From Octopus sinensis (lineage: Eukaryota), in the NCBI RefSeq assembly GCF_006345805.1, contig NC_043004.1:101742001-101806000 (forward strand): 64,000 nt of DNA, read 5' to 3'. A program made the translations under genes and the position numbers. This document shows positions 1 through 14,835 of the stretch, one piece after another; the stretch's first letter is position 1, and each line of letters starts with the position of its first letter. The notes beneath the pieces were generated by a model. The model searched no databases. It saw only the letters and a program-made list of their open reading frames with translations, and had not been told where the DNA came from.

Positions 1-1215
1 ATCCAGTCTCACCAGACTTCTTACTGTCGACCATCTTTTGACAAACACACAAGAACGCAGCACCTCCCTCTCTACCCTCCAATTTCCTCTTCAAGTGATA
101 TTTTGACCAGGTAAGAAAGTGCCTATCTTCAAACCTTTCAGACGCGTCCACCACACAGCCTCTTTTGCACAGCCGTTAAGCAGAGAAAGATCTGCCTTCC
201 TTCTCAGCAGTCAGATGAATTCGTCTTACACGCTACAGCAACAACACCACACAATCCCACAGCTCTCTAATGCATGGATACTGAATTATTACAATGCAGG
301 ACGGTTTTGTTCCGTTACAAGTATCTCACACAGGTTCGAAGAGCTTGTCTCGAACAGGCAATGCTCCTCTGTAGCACTGCCATGCCAAAGACTTTTGCAA
401 ATTTCCCATGATCTTCGACCCGAAGGGGCTCTAGTAGAGAGTACTCAGACTGTTCTCGTCGATGTCCAGATTCAATAATAGGCCATCGTCACTCATACCC
501 TCAACTAGCCCCCTATAGAAAGCTTGGGTTGTTTTCCTGCTTACGGCTTTTGGGCAGCTGGTACAATGCAGTGAGCGCCTAGCGACATTCTAGATGCCAA
601 ACACCCAACCTTGGTCTACGTTTGACCCATGACTGTAACTCTGTCAATGAGATGAACTGCTGAAAGACGTGTCGCACGAAAGACGCACACAGCAGTTCAA
701 TCTTACTTTCGTCTTCGTCGTTGTCCACACCGTGGAGGCGCAATGGCCCAGTGGTTAGGGCAGCGGACTCGCGGTCATAGGATCGCGGTTTCGATTCCCA
801 GACCGGGCGTTGTGAGTGTTTATTGAGCGAAAACACCTAAAAAGCTCCACGAGGCTCCGGCAGGGGATGGTGGTGATCCCTGCTGTACTCTTTCACCACA
901 ACTTTCTCTCACTCTTTCTTCCTGTTTCTGTTGTACCTGTATTTCAAAGGGCCGGCCTTGTCACTCTCTGTGTCACGCTGAATATCCCCGAGAACTACGT
1001 TAAGGGTGCACGTGTCTGTGGAGTGCTCAGCCACTTAAACGTTAATTTCACGAGCAGGCTGTTCCGTTGATTCGGATCAACCGGAACCCTCATCGTCGTA
1101 ACCGACGGAGTGCTTCCATCCATGTCCACACCATTGCAGTGATTTAGATATTTCTGAAGGTGCGGCAGCCTCAAGGCGTGGCGCGGCATCATCAGGGATG
1201 GCATTCCAAGACCAC
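1..1215 (-). mobile_element. L1/Tx1-clade LINE ORF2 C-terminal fragment, interrupted by a SINE
   Basis: RHALRL...LTELQSWVKRRPRLGVWHLECR, shared with the copies at 2610 and 10000. Confidence 0.75.
732..1122 (+). mobile_element. tRNA(Arg-like)-derived SINE, family A
   Basis: A/B-box tRNA head; 10-bp TSD tgtccacacc (722-731, 1123-1132); second copy at 7778. Confidence 0.92.
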
Positions 1216-1500
1216 CTCGCTGTGGTTGTTGATAGCAGATAGATTTTCTGCTCAGCGGAACCTGACCTTTCCATAAGAATCAGAAAAGTAAGCGACCCAA
1301 GCTGGTCAGAATTTTCTTAGGTCAAGGTACGACAGCTAGGTGGTAGTACACAACCGAGGCGATATATGCATCCGCTACTTCCCCTTGGCTTGCTTAACGT
1401 TTCTGCTAACTCGCCGCCTTGAAGCCAAATAATATTAATATGCAGACTAGAAGAGGAACAGTTCTCACTTAAAGATCGTAGTTTAGGGAAATCTGAGTCA

Positions 1501-1535
<35 letters not shown>

Positions 1536-1618
1536 CACACACACACACACACACACACCACACACACACACGCACACACACTCTTACACACTCACTGATA
1601 TACAGAAATAGACATATA

Positions 1619-2145
1619 CCGTAAATCCTCGAGTATAGTCCGCTCTTGCGTATAATACGCAGGGGATTTTTAGGGAGCTGTACCTCTGAAAAACTTAAAC
1701 CTTGTGTATAATACGCACCCCTTTATTATGCACGACGTGAGTCCTGCGTAAGTAAGCCAGCAGCACCTAGTCGAACAAACTTCTGTGCATGCGTAATACA
1801 ATAATGGTGATGTTCTTAACTGTTATATGGGAATGTAAATATGTTTGCAAATTGTTTTTGTTACATGTTATTCTGTGTTATGAATACTTTTATTTTAATA
1901 AATGTTGCTTACTGCAAGTTATGGATGATTCTTTTATGACTTCATTGCTTTCATGCTTAGCTTAAGGTATTTTCGCGCCCGACATCACAAAATGCGTCTG
2001 AATAAACATTGCCGAACAGCAAATAGAGACTCGGACATTGCTTAGAAAATATGTTTCATTTTTAACCTCGTATATAGTACGCACTAGGGATTTTGACCTT
2101 TAATTTTTGGGAAAAAATTGCGGATTATAACTCGAGGATTTACGG
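1619..2145. mobile_element. Non-autonomous Tc1/mariner-pogo element (CCGT termini)
   Basis: TA-ccgtaaatcctcgagtata ... tataactcgaggatttacgg-TA; subterminal gtataatacgca repeats. Confidence 0.88.
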
Positions 2146-2387
2146 TACTCAAAGATTCAAAGATCAATAGTAGATAGCTGGAGGGGTGAATACACACGCA
2201 GATACCTATGTGTATGCGTGTACATGTCTGTAGGTGAGTGTGTGTGTTTGTATGTGTGTGTGTGGAATGGTTTGAGCATGTGTGTAAGTAGAAATATGTA
2301 TGAATGAGTGTGAAGATAAATTTATAGATAGATAGATAGATTGATTGATAGATAGGTGGGTAGATAGATACATAAATACATACATAC

Positions 2388-2497
2388 CCGATTAGTTTGT
2401 GATCAAAATTTAAACCGCTAGTACAACGTTTTAGTTTTATTTCTGGATAATGCATGATGTATGCTTGACACATTTCATGCTTAGTGCTAAAACCACC
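2388..2497 (-). CDS. MOXD1: MOXD1-like exon 10 (CuM Met)
   Basis: ttacag|[38 protein letters not shown]|gtatgt; 110 nt, ends in phase 2. Confidence 0.92.
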
Positions 2498-5400
2498 CTG
2501 TAAAGAAGATAGATTTACAAAATGATTATATAAGGTACGAAAACTACGTTAAACTTCACCAAATTTACCACGAGACAAAATACAAATGCGTGCCTCAGAA
2601 CGGAGCCCCAACACGTTCACTTCTAGAAGTCGTTGCAGGTGGTGTAACCTGAATGAATGTCTACGCATCAAAAGCCACGGCATGCCTAAGCCGCCGCTCA
2701 GAAGGAGCTGACAGCTGACTGACCGCCTGACCATTGGAACTCGTCCCTTCCACAGGAATATGAACAAGGGATACTCCAAATCGATCAAGCAAAAGCTGGG
2801 GCAAGGCACGATGATCAGACGATAAATGATATAGGAAGCGATGTAGGCATTCACCACCTCTGCCCGACTTTCAAGGACATTTTCTTCTCAGCCCATTTCT
2901 GGGTAAGACTGGCCACCCTGTTCGTCACTTCGTCCCAGTTCTTATTCACCTGGAGGTAGGGACCAAACCTGACCCCGAGCAGTTTAACTGGTCCGTCAGT
3001 CCAGCCTACGAGGATGCCGTCTGACGGCATCGACCTGCCTCTCCAGGTCCCCAGTCGCAAGCCCACCGACTTCTCGGCATTGATTTTGGCTCCTGCAACG
3101 GACTCATATTCTTCTAGAATGGAGCCGACAGTCTCCACTTCGGAGGCATCTGACACCATGATGGTAACTTCGTCCGGGTATGCAGACACTGTTCTTCAAA
3201 GTCCCAGTTCCAGTAGGAAGGATCCTCTCCGATTGTTCCAACTTTCGTAGCAATGGCTCGAAAGCTCGAAAGTCATCACATACAGAAGAGGTAACAGCGG
3301 GTAGCCCTGATGGACCGAGCGTGCGATACTAAACAGTTCCGATAGATGACCATTTACTTTGACCGCCGAGCAGATGTCACTGTGTATTGCAGCGATCCAG
3401 CCTCCGAAAACGGGTCCCAAACCGGCCGCTTTAAAGACGGCTTCCAGGTAGCGATGGTCGACCCTCTCGAAAGCTTTTGATTGATCCAAATGGATCAGGC
3501 CTCACCGAAGCCAGCTTTAGTTTCAGCCTTCTCTATGATGTATCGCATAAGGTGGAGGTTGTCGTGGACAGACCTGTTCGCGATTGGGCACGTTTGTGCT
3601 TCCCCTAATAGACTACCAACGACAATCACAAACCTTTTCGCGAACACCTTGGCCAAAATCTTTCACTTTGTGTTTAGGAGAATTATGGGCCGAAAATTCC
3701 TTAGTATGACTCCACTGTCGGCGTCCTTCTTAAGCAGTGTCACCACACCTCAACTAATTGCACTAGGAATTCTCCCGTTCTGTTGCCAATTTCCGTAAAC
3801 GTCTGCCAAGAGGTCACCAAACAAATCCGCTATGAATACTTAGAATTCATAGGGCAGACCATCTAAATCTGGTGACTTGCGATTTGTGCAATTGCTCATC
3901 ACCTTTCTTATTTCAGTGGCCGTTATCGGCTTTTCGCTGAAACTCGCCGCCAAGAACTGCAGCAGGCAATCTAAGTACGTACTAAAGTCTGCTACCGTCG
4001 TTGACCCATCGCTCCCTCCAGACAGTTGCGTGAAGTGCTTTTGAAAAGCCGCACACATCTGCTCAGAACAATTTAACACGCCCTCGTCCCGATCCGTCAA
4101 ATATCCGATTGTGGTTTTGTTGCTACATCTCATCTCCAGCGTTCAAGCCCATCGGACGGCTTTAGTTTCCTCCTGTTTTAGCGCTCGGGCCTTGCTCATC
4201 ACCTTTCTTATTTCAGTGGCCTTCATGTTTCGCCTCAAAGAAATAGTTAAGAGCCATTCTCGCCACTAACATGTCAGTCGCAATGCCTTTACAAATCGCC
4301 TCTTCTAGTTTGCTAACTAGGTTTCCCTGTAATCTTTCTTTCCGTTGCTAACTTTTTACTAAACTCTAGGGATTCTGCCTTAATCGCCCTCTTCAGGGCT
4401 TTACACTACCAGTAGTTGACTGCCGCTTAACTACTTCGCTAATCCGGTCTCTGTAGTCTTTGCACACCGGAAAGGACGCGTTCAACTTCCAGTAACCGGG
4501 TCCCTGGCTACGTGTCCCATCAAAAACTGACTGTGGAGATCATAAATTGTGGTCTGTGTAGCCGACTAATTTGGCGATCTCAATTATTAGGGTTCCATAT
4601 TTGTCAACCTTTTCTCTTTCTTTCATGATAATATATTGATCTCCTGGCACTGTCCCTCCTAAATGTTGCTATATACGGCCTTCGATGCTATAACACCTTG
4701 TCTGTCTGGAAATCAAAGTCCCAGAGGATGTTTGTCTTCTCGTTTTAGTCCATTATTTTTTCCTGTGTATGTTGGTACCAAACACTCGTTACCTGGTATC
4801 CATGTTTCCAGCATATTAACCAGTGAACGTTTCGGGCTACCTTGCCGTGTCTGCGCTTGTACTCTTTCTGCGCAAGACTTTCACAAGCACTAACAATGTG
4901 AGTCACGTTTTTGATTTTCGTCCTACATATTCTGCAGAGTTTCGTTGCACTTGTGTGATATAGATCCCCTTTTAATGGGTTGGTACTCTTGGGGAGCGAT
5001 ACTTAGGCTTTTTTTGCAGGTCTGACGATTAAGCAGATCATTATTATGTCGTAATATAATATTTTCGGAGACAACATCAACAGGTTGGAGTTAGCAACTC
5101 AAACATGGTTGGATCGTTTAATCAAACATTGTTGCCGGTGTTTTAATGGGAACATCCTACTAGCCAAAAAAAGCAGCCAAATATCTCTCAAAATCACACC
5201 CTAAAGTCTTAGAAATAGAAGAATACATTAGATATTGTAGACCTGGAATCAGAGTATCTGAAAAATTCAAACCTTACAGTTTTGAAAAAAAATGACATAT
5301 TGAGGTGAGAAATGTAGTCGTAGATGTTATATGTGAAAAACATAATCACAGCAAACATATCACGGCTGGAGTATTTTTTATCATAGGTAAATCAATAAAA

Positions 5401-7705
5401 AATAAGCAGGATCAACAACAGCGATAGCAAATTTTACACTGGGTCAAACCAATAGAAGGGAACCTCTACATGGTATTAAGAATGTAACAAGTATCAGTAC
5501 AATTGCTCTTAAATCACACTACGAGATTATAAAAAAGAAGGAACACTTCAAGAGGAGATTATAACTGGATTAAGGTTGTCCTACATGACATGGGATAAAA
5601 CATGACATGGGATAAAACACTGAGAGATATGTTGTTTGTTTGTTCCTTCTCGAGCCACGACTGGCTCATTCGGGCCGATTTCCCGGTTTCCTTGGCGTAT
5701 AGGTTCCCCACCTGGATGGGATGTCGGTCTGTCACAGGTGAGCTGCAAGATGCAGGAGGAAAGAATGAAAGAAAGTTATGGCGAAAGAGTCAGCAGAAGT
5801 TCGCCATTACTGTCTGTTGGAGCCGCATGGAGCTCAGGTGTTTCGCTCATAAACACACACATCGCACGGTCTGAGATTCGAACCCACGATGCCTCGACCG
5901 CGAGTCCGCTGCTCTAACCACTAGCCATGTGCCTCCGCACTGAGAGATATATGAGTTCATAATCAACTAATAATTAATCTAAGACCATAAATTCGTGAGA
6001 TTTAACGTCTGTGGTGTGTGTGCATGTGTGTATACATATGTACTCATATATGTATTCATGTTTGTATGTGTATATTTATGTATGTATGCGAATAAAAATC
6101 TTTCATTTACGGTGTCCTAGAGTCATATATTTTTAGGTTCTATAACTGGTTTATTTAAATGATGAAGTTTAGATGAAATAATTATAAAGATAGTCAACTA
6201 AAAGTGATATCAGTTATTTGAAGTAACAACATGAATAGGAGAAATTAGAAAAAGAGAATTCAAAAATATAAAAATCAATATTTTCGGAAGAAATATTACT
6301 TACTTCTGTAAAATTGGTTCTATCTGTAGTGCCATAAACACATTCTACTTGTAGGATGTCATCCTGAAACAGAAAAAAAATTAACAATAGTAATGATGAT
6401 AATAATCTCTCGTGGCTTCTTATCTTAACTGATTGGAAGTGTTATCATGTACATTGTTTTGTCTTGGTATAAAAGATGGGCTACAGAAAATATTCTGCTC
6501 AATACCACAGGTTTGCTTGTCAGTTGTTTGACCTTAACCAGTTGAGCATGTCCCTTAGTGGCTGACGATATGTGCATCTCTGATCACAAGTGGAAGTAGT
6601 TGGGGAGCATCATAGCCGTGTGTTGAAAGGAATTCTTGGAGGTTTGGGTAATTCACCTTCAGAAACATGGGTGTTTCGTTCAACATCCTTAAACAACCCT
6701 TATTCAGGGACATTTTGAGCGGGATGGGTTACTCGACAAGAAAAATATTCTAACTGGGCCCCACCTGCAAGCTCATTCGATGTTTATCTTGATATGAGAT
6801 CACCATGTCGCGCACATATGGTTGTGATGCATGTGCCTGGTGTACGCTTATCAGACGGGTAGTCATGATGGGTATACTGGGCTTCGTATAATATACCCCA
6901 GTGTCACTTTGATGGCCTGCACTGCTCTCTCACTCAAAAAAAAAAAAAAAAAAATAATAATAATAATAATAATAACTAGCTGGACAGAGAAAAATTCACG
7001 GAAAACATATAAAATGTAAGCATCTGTAAACAGTGTATTGGTGCCATGAGAAATGTTTGCATATTATGACCATCTGTCTTTACCTTCTGAGTTCAAATTC
7101 TGCAGAGGTCGACTTTACCTTTCGTCTTTACGGGGGTCGATAAATTAAGTACCAGTTGTGTACTGGAGTCGATCTAATCAACTGCCCCCCCTCTTCACAA
7201 AAATTTCAGGCCTAGAAAAGTATATTGTGACAGTTACAGAATATAGAAAGTAAAGTAACACCAATGACTACGTTATCCAACCAAAATATGTTACACAAAC
7301 GTAAACGGAATTACTATTTAACCTTAAAATACATCGTTCATATTCAAAGAACCTTCTTGGTTTAGTGGTACGGAACGGTTTTCTGGTGTTCTTTTATTAT
7401 TTTAGTTATTTCAGTCATTTGACGGTGGCCATGCTGGAGCATAACCCTTCAGTTTAAGAAATTGCCCCCTGGTGCTTATTCTATCAGTCTCTTCTGCTGA
7501 ACAGCTAAATTACAGGGACGCAAACGCACCAACATCGGTTGTGAAGCAATGGTGGTGGTGGGACAGACACACACACACACACACAGACATACATGCATAC
7601 ATACATTCATACATACATACATACATACATACATACATACATACATACGCATTGTGACCAGCGATGTGTAGCAACTGCTGATAGCCTGGTCGGTCACGTG
7701 ATCAC

Positions 7706-7752
<47 letters not shown>

Positions 7753-9790
7753 GTGTATGTATGTATATATATATATAGTGGAGGCGCAATGGCCCAGTGG
7801 TTAGGGTAGCGAACTCGCGGTCGTAGGATCGCGGTTTCAATTCCCAGACCTGGCGTTGTGAGTGTTTATTGAGCGAAAACACCTAACGCTCCACGAGGCT
7901 CCGGCAGGGGATGGTGGTGATCCCTGCTGTACTCTTTCACCACAACTTCTCTCACTCTTTCTTCCTGTTTCTGTTGTACCTGTATTTCAAAGGGCCGGCC
8001 TTGACACTCTCTGTGTCACGCTGAATATCCCCGAGAACAACGTTAAGGGTACACGTGTCTGTGGAGTGCTCAGCCACTTACACGTTAATTTCACGAGCAG
8101 ACTGTTCCGTTGATCGGATCAACCGGAACCCTCGTCGTCGTAACCGACGGAGTGCTTCCATGTATATATGTATATGTATAATAAGAGAATAAGAGAATAT
8201 ATATATATTGTGTTCAGGGTATATTCATATATCTTACCTTTAAAAGTGTAATCTCCTTCTCGATGCGCCTCAGATCTTGGTAATCGAAATCGTAATTGTC
8301 ATCATACATAATATCAGGAAGCTTCTTACCATCACGATAATGATGAAGCCTTATCTTCTTCGCTGCCTTGTGTGCATGAAGTAGAACGCCTATCATCTTA
8401 ACTCCGTCCTCATTCCATTGGTTATTTCTTTCAGGTTTAATCTTTATGGGAAAATGAAATAACAATGTCTTAAGTAATTGCTTCTAACACGGGTACGAGG
8501 GTATATCTACTTTGGTAACCAGGATATGTCTACAAACCTGGCCCAGCACTTTTCTGTCTGTTAGAATTGTTGGAAATTTTTTAGTGTTTGGCCCTTTAAG
8601 AAAGTCATATATTTAGATGTCGTGTGGTCATTCTAATTGACCACTAAACTTGACTGGTATTTGTTTTATCTATTCTAGAGTGTGAATGGAACAGATGTAT
8701 AAGCTTCACAGTAGAGTTACGCTGGTAATTCATGCATTTTTATAAAACCATACTTATGTAAATAAGGAGTTTATTGATTAAAAATATTCTAATATCAACT
8801 TAAAAACTACTGGAAGGCAAATTATATATAGAGGTGTATATGTTCGTAAGATAAAGGAACGTAAATGAATTAAAAGAGTTTTTATTTCGGCTCTCTACTG
8901 GTTCAATCAATCCAGCATATGAATAAATATCAATACATTATCAAGTCGTTCATCATCCTTATATATTATCACTAATAATATAATTTAGAGAAAACAAGGG
9001 ATTAATACTAAAGATGACGTGTATCTAACCCAGTTTCAATTTATTTATTTCACAATTCCATTGAATTCATTCATTGTGCAAACGGTATTGTTAGAAACCT
9101 TATTTCACGAGACTTTATAAAGATTAAATTTAAAACACTTACCATAGATCCACACGCCTCACAGTTTCCGTAATATTTGAATTCTTTGGCATAAGGTGGA
9201 ATTAATTGCGTACAACCTCTCACAGTATATCCCACTGATAATATTCCAACATTGTATTGACGTTTAGATTTAGTAAGAGTTATGTCTATTCCGGAGGAAT
9301 CGAGCACGCCTACAATATGGAGAAAAGCAAATTGAAATATCTTAATTGCAAAGATTAAAAATAAAAGGAAAATGAGAGGATAAAATAGAGAGTTAATCAA
9401 GTCGAAAAAAATGTTAAACTGGAGAGTTAGTCAAATAGAAAAGAATGCCAAACATGAGAGTACGTCGAAGAGGAAAATAGAATAAACAAATCAGTATGTG
9501 AAAGAGAAGAGTATGTCAAAGAGTATGTCAAAGTATGTCAAAGAGTATGTCAAACAATCTAATCATGTAGGACACACAAATATTTCAAATACAGGGAACA
9601 AATATGAACCTACCTTCCTTCTCTTGTGGATTATCGTAATGCATTTCCAATAAATAGTATACAGGATCATCTTTACCTCCAAAAGACATTCCAGTATGTT
9701 TAGGGAGAACGAATTTCTAGGAGAAGCAAACGTATATGTATGTAGTTATTTATGTATGTATGTATGTATGTATGTATGTATGTATGTATG

Positions 9791-9858
<68 letters not shown>

Positions 9859-12800
9859 AGTCTATCTGTCTGTCTATCTATCTGTCTATCAATCGATCGA
9901 TCAATCGATCAATATGGTGAGCAAAAGTATACGTACGCGGCTATATGTATATATAATTCCAAAAATTGGACCAAGAACGCAATAGACAACTATAAAACAT
10001 ACGGACATATATTTGATACTAAGACGGACAGGATAGTACTTACCACGATCAGGTAAGTTGGTGATCCTGGATGTGAGCAAGAGCGAAGCTGGTGCCTGCA
10101 GACTTGTGGCCGTTTATGCCCCTACCGGAGCCAAACAGCCGGATTTCTATAAGCGTCTGGAAGCCTTTCTGGGTACATCTCGCCCTTTATTGTTAGTGGA
10201 AGACTGGAATGACATCTTAGACGTACGCTGGGATTGTGTGGTAGTAGCTGATAGAAGCGAGGTGGGTGCAAAAGCCTCACGCACCTGATCAGCCAGTAGC
10301 AACTATCTGACAGGTACCAACGAGATTTCCTTAATGCGCCAGTGTGGTCCTGAACCGACCGCATAGGGTCATCTAGATCGTACAAAGACATGATTTTCAC
10401 TAGGAAAATAGATAGCAATAGTGTAGGTTGTCCACTTTTTTAAAACCGTCGTTTGTAGGCATTACGGTCGTCCTAGATATGATGCCTAGGTTTGGATTTA
10501 GTTACTGGAAGCTGAATATTTCCTTCTGGCGCGTAAGGCTTACAGGGACCAGATCGACAATTTAGTTTAGCGAAAGTTGTCAGGGGATGTCGTCAACAAC
10601 AGATGGTGTTGGGGAAGTCTCAAAAGAGTGGTGAGGATGATTTCGATAGGGTTTAGCAAACAAGTAATGTTAGAAAAAATAGAAAGGAGGAGGAGGTGGT
10701 AGCTAAGTTCGACGAGGCTATTTGTAGTGGCATTGCAACCGACGTGCTATCAGCGAGAATGGCATTAGATCATTTCTTCAATGGTTACATTGTCAGAGTT
10801 AAGGCACGTGCTAGAGAAACGAGGGAACCAAAGCTGTTCAATGGGCCCGCGTGGAGGGGGAGCAGCGTGGTAACAAAACCACAATTCGGCCATTGACGGA
10901 CCAAGACGGACACAAGGTGAGCGATGCTAGGCAGATGCATGAGGCCTTTTGCCAGCACTTTTCTCGGTTGTTCAAGGTGACGGGTAGGTCAGAGATGGTG
11001 GTCGACTTCAAACCCTACCTCGACGGCTTGCCGTACCTCTCGGCGGCCGGTGATGAGCACTTCGAAAGACCGATAACTTCAGCCGAAATTCAGGATGCCC
11101 TTGTCGGCTCCATGAGGCGCAAGTTACTCAGTTTTGAAGGTCTGCCCGACGAGCTTTACGTAAATATGCCAGACTTATACTCCGATCTCGAAGCGCTCTA
11201 TTGCCAATCGCAGCAGAACGGGAGATCTGTGACGCAGATATGGAAAGACGAAAACAAGAGGGACGCACTTCAGGTCCATACTGTTCAACAGAGTTTAAGA
11301 TTTTGGTCAAAGTGTTAGCGAAGAGGTTGGCGCTTGTCAACGAGGATTTGGTTGGGGAGGCACACAAGCTTGCGCAATCCTAACCAGGTCCATATACGAC
11401 AACCTCCACCTTATGCGATACATCATAGAAAGGGTAGGGTGTAAACCTGGATTCGGTAGGGCTCTCATCAATCGAAAACATTCGACAGGGTCGACCATAC
11501 GGTACCTGGAGGTTGTCATCAATGCAACTAGCTTCCGCCCCGTCTTCAGCAACTGTCTTCGGCCCCGTCTTCAGAAGCTGAGTCGCCGCAATGCACAGCG
11601 GCATCTCGGTGGTCAAAGTTAATGGCCACCTCTTGGAACCGATTCAAATTACGAGATCAGTCCATCAAGGGATCCTTCTCTCCTCCCTTCTGTACTTATT
11701 GACTCTTGAGCCTTTACTGCGGATCTGGAGCTGCTGCAGGGCATCCCACTCAAACCGGGATGTGGAAGGGCTGTGTCGGATTATGCGGATGACATCATCG
11801 TGATACTGTAGGATACCTCAGAAATCGAGTTGGTGGGCATATTATTGGAAGAATATGAAAAGTTGACGGGGGCAAATTTTAACCCGGATAAGTCGGTGGG
11901 CTGAAGAGGCAAGTCCATGTTGTCCTACAGCGTCGTGGGTCGCTGGACCAGAAAAGTTGCTCGGGGTTTGGTTCGGACCAGCTCTCCATATGGTGATGAG
12001 CAGGGTAGGCAGTGTCACTGGAAATAGGCTGCGAAGAAACTGTCACTGAAAGGTCGGGTGGCGGTGGCGATTGCATATATAGCGTCTGTCATCTACAACC
12101 CCCTGACTGTTGTGCCTTGCCTCCGTTCGCGCCTCACCAAGCTGGAGTGCGTCCTCTTCAAATTCTTGTTGAGGGGACAGGTTCCTTTGGGAAGGCTGTC
12201 CATCTGCTGCTTGCACCTTCTACGCGGAGGGCTGGACATGCCGTAGCTAATGATGCGTAGACATGCGCTGAGGCTGCGGCATCTCCAGATATTCTGCTTA
12301 AACGGTGAAGAGGTGTGGTCGCCGTTTGTCAAACGGGCCTTTCCGCAACTCATCTTGACTGAGCTACAGTCCTGGGCCAAGAAGAGACCCAGACAGGGTA
12401 ACTGACATCTGGAATGCTGCCAGGCACTCACTGCCCTCTATCAGGCGGGCAATATCAGTCCTTAAATTTTTTATTTTATAACTGGTGAAAGAAAAAGACA
12501 GAAAAAAGACGGAAAAATGGGGGAAAAAAAAAATAACGGAAATGAATAGTTAATCAAACAGTTGTGTGTAAATTCTATGATTTTCTCCTGTCATTTTATT
12601 AATTCCTCCAAGGCCTGATGTTAATAACCTGCAAACATATTTCTCCTCATGCATTTTGAGAAGTGAAAGTGAAGCAGATTCAGAATATTTTCTGAGAATC
12701 TGCACTTTCAAGTCTTTTTCAAAATTGCAGCCGTTTGAAGCAAAATTTTAAGCAAGTTCTGTCGAACTATTGTTATTGTGCCTGACGTAATATCTGTGTC

Positions 12801-14801
12801 CATTAAATGTTTTGTTTAATTATTCTGTTGTAAAACCAATATAAATCAAGTTGTGTTTCGTGCATTCTGCTGCGAACACCAAATAGGAATCCCTACATGA
12901 CCCACCCTCTGTATAAATCATAACATTTCTGTTATGAATACTGATGGAATTCACTTGACACATGTTGCAAGTCTCTTTGAGTTTTTTTTAATAAAGGTTT
13001 GGGCCTGCTCGATGATTAGTATTTAACAGCTACGGTATTATAACTGTAATAATGTAGCATAATAATTTGCTCTAAAATAGGGCTTACTTCTCTTGCAGCT
13101 GTTTTTCAAGGTACAGCGTGCAGATACTCCAGTGTTAGTTATCATGGAGCCAGAAATAGAGATCAATAATTCTCTTATATTCTTATTCCATCTGAAGGCT
13201 ACAATAGGTGGGTGAGGAAATATCTGTTTCAAACGAAGATATTTTCCCACCATATGCTGGTAACTTCCATGCAACACTTTCGGAATGTCAGCGAAATTTC
13301 GGTGCTAGTTAATCACTAAAGGAATTCCTCACATATTGTATTGTGCTTGCTAAAATTATGCGTGAGAATTTGACTATCCTTGTTAATCTTAGCTATTTCG
13401 TTTGCTATTTCTTTTATTAACGTCACTCCCTGGAGGATTGAATAAAATGATAGGAGAATATCATCAAATTTACACGAAACATTTTCATTAAATATTCTGC
13501 TTCTTTTTTCCTTTTTTTCTTCCTTTTCTCCGTCTTTCTCTGTTCGCCTGTTATAAAATTGAAACTTAAAGACTGATGATGTCATTCCATCAACGTGTGG
13601 ACGCTGGTTGCTCTCGTTCATACTTTAGATTTGAATTTCTATAATTTTGATGTGATCATCATTACTTGTCGGGCTCTGTTCTATCTGTTTATCCTTTCCT
13701 ACAGCTGTTTTTTTATAGCCTGAGGAGACGCTTACGCTGATTCATAATTAACGACTTTGTGAATTTTACTTCTATGTTTGTTATTTCGTCTCCGTCCTCG
13801 GTTATAGCCGGTCTGTTCTGGTGTGTGTTATTTTACCTGTTGTTGTTTCTGTGTTTCTATGGTTGAAGGAAGATTGGAAGCGACGAGAGATGATGTCACG
13901 TCAGCGAGTGGGAAGAAAAGCTTTTCCCTGCGTTTGGTTTTTTCCTGGGGATGCGAGCAATGACAGAGGCCAATCGTAAACAGAGAGAGGTTGTGTGAAC
14001 ACGGGTGAAGAATTGATCAATCTGCCAGCGGTATCTGATCGCAAGTCGAGGTAAAAGCAAGTTTATTTACGTGCCTTCAAACTACAAGCTATTTCAGCAT
14101 GTTGTTACCAGTGGTGAGGATACGTGCGAGAATTAGATTTTTAAATAAATTTTGTTGTTCTTGTTCTTCGTTTGCAATGGCCACAAAAAATCAGAATCAG
14201 AAATGACGTGTTGAGACCGTTCACCGGGGAAGGTGATGTGGTAGCCTAGATAAAGAAGGTGTGATTTGTGGCGAAGCTGCAGCAAATAAAAGATGTGGCA
14301 AACCTTGTGCCGTTGTATTTAGAGGGTAATGCACTGAATCTCTACCTGGAGAGGGATGACCAAGGGAAAGCGGAAAAATACTGAAGGGCGGCTGAAGGAC
14401 GCGTGCACCGATGGAAGTTTTAAAGCCTATAGCAAGCTCGGGACGGACCAGTGAGCAGATAGATAATTACGTGAGCGAGATTAGGAGAGCGAGATTAGCA
14501 GGGTTTACTGGAGCAGCGATGGAGTGGATGGTGACCGGTTTCCCTGAACATATCTTTGTACGTCTGCTGCAGATGCCAGACATCGAAACGATGTCGGTAG
14601 GAGAGGTGATTGATAAGTTGCGTGTGTAATACTGTACACTTCGAATAACATAACCACTCTGCGTTTTCTTCCTGATTTTATAGTATAGTAAGGTTTTTAT
14701 AGTATATGTTCTCTATGTGGTGTGAATAATATCTTTCATTATTGAATTGTTTAAGAGAGGTTTTTCTCTAAATTATAAACATATATATATATATATATAT
14801 A

Positions 14802-14835
<34 letters not shown>

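Noticed and set aside
732-805. tRNA gene-like sequences at SINE heads
   Set aside because: They continue into multi-copy SINE bodies with TSDs and lack a complete cloverleaf and terminator
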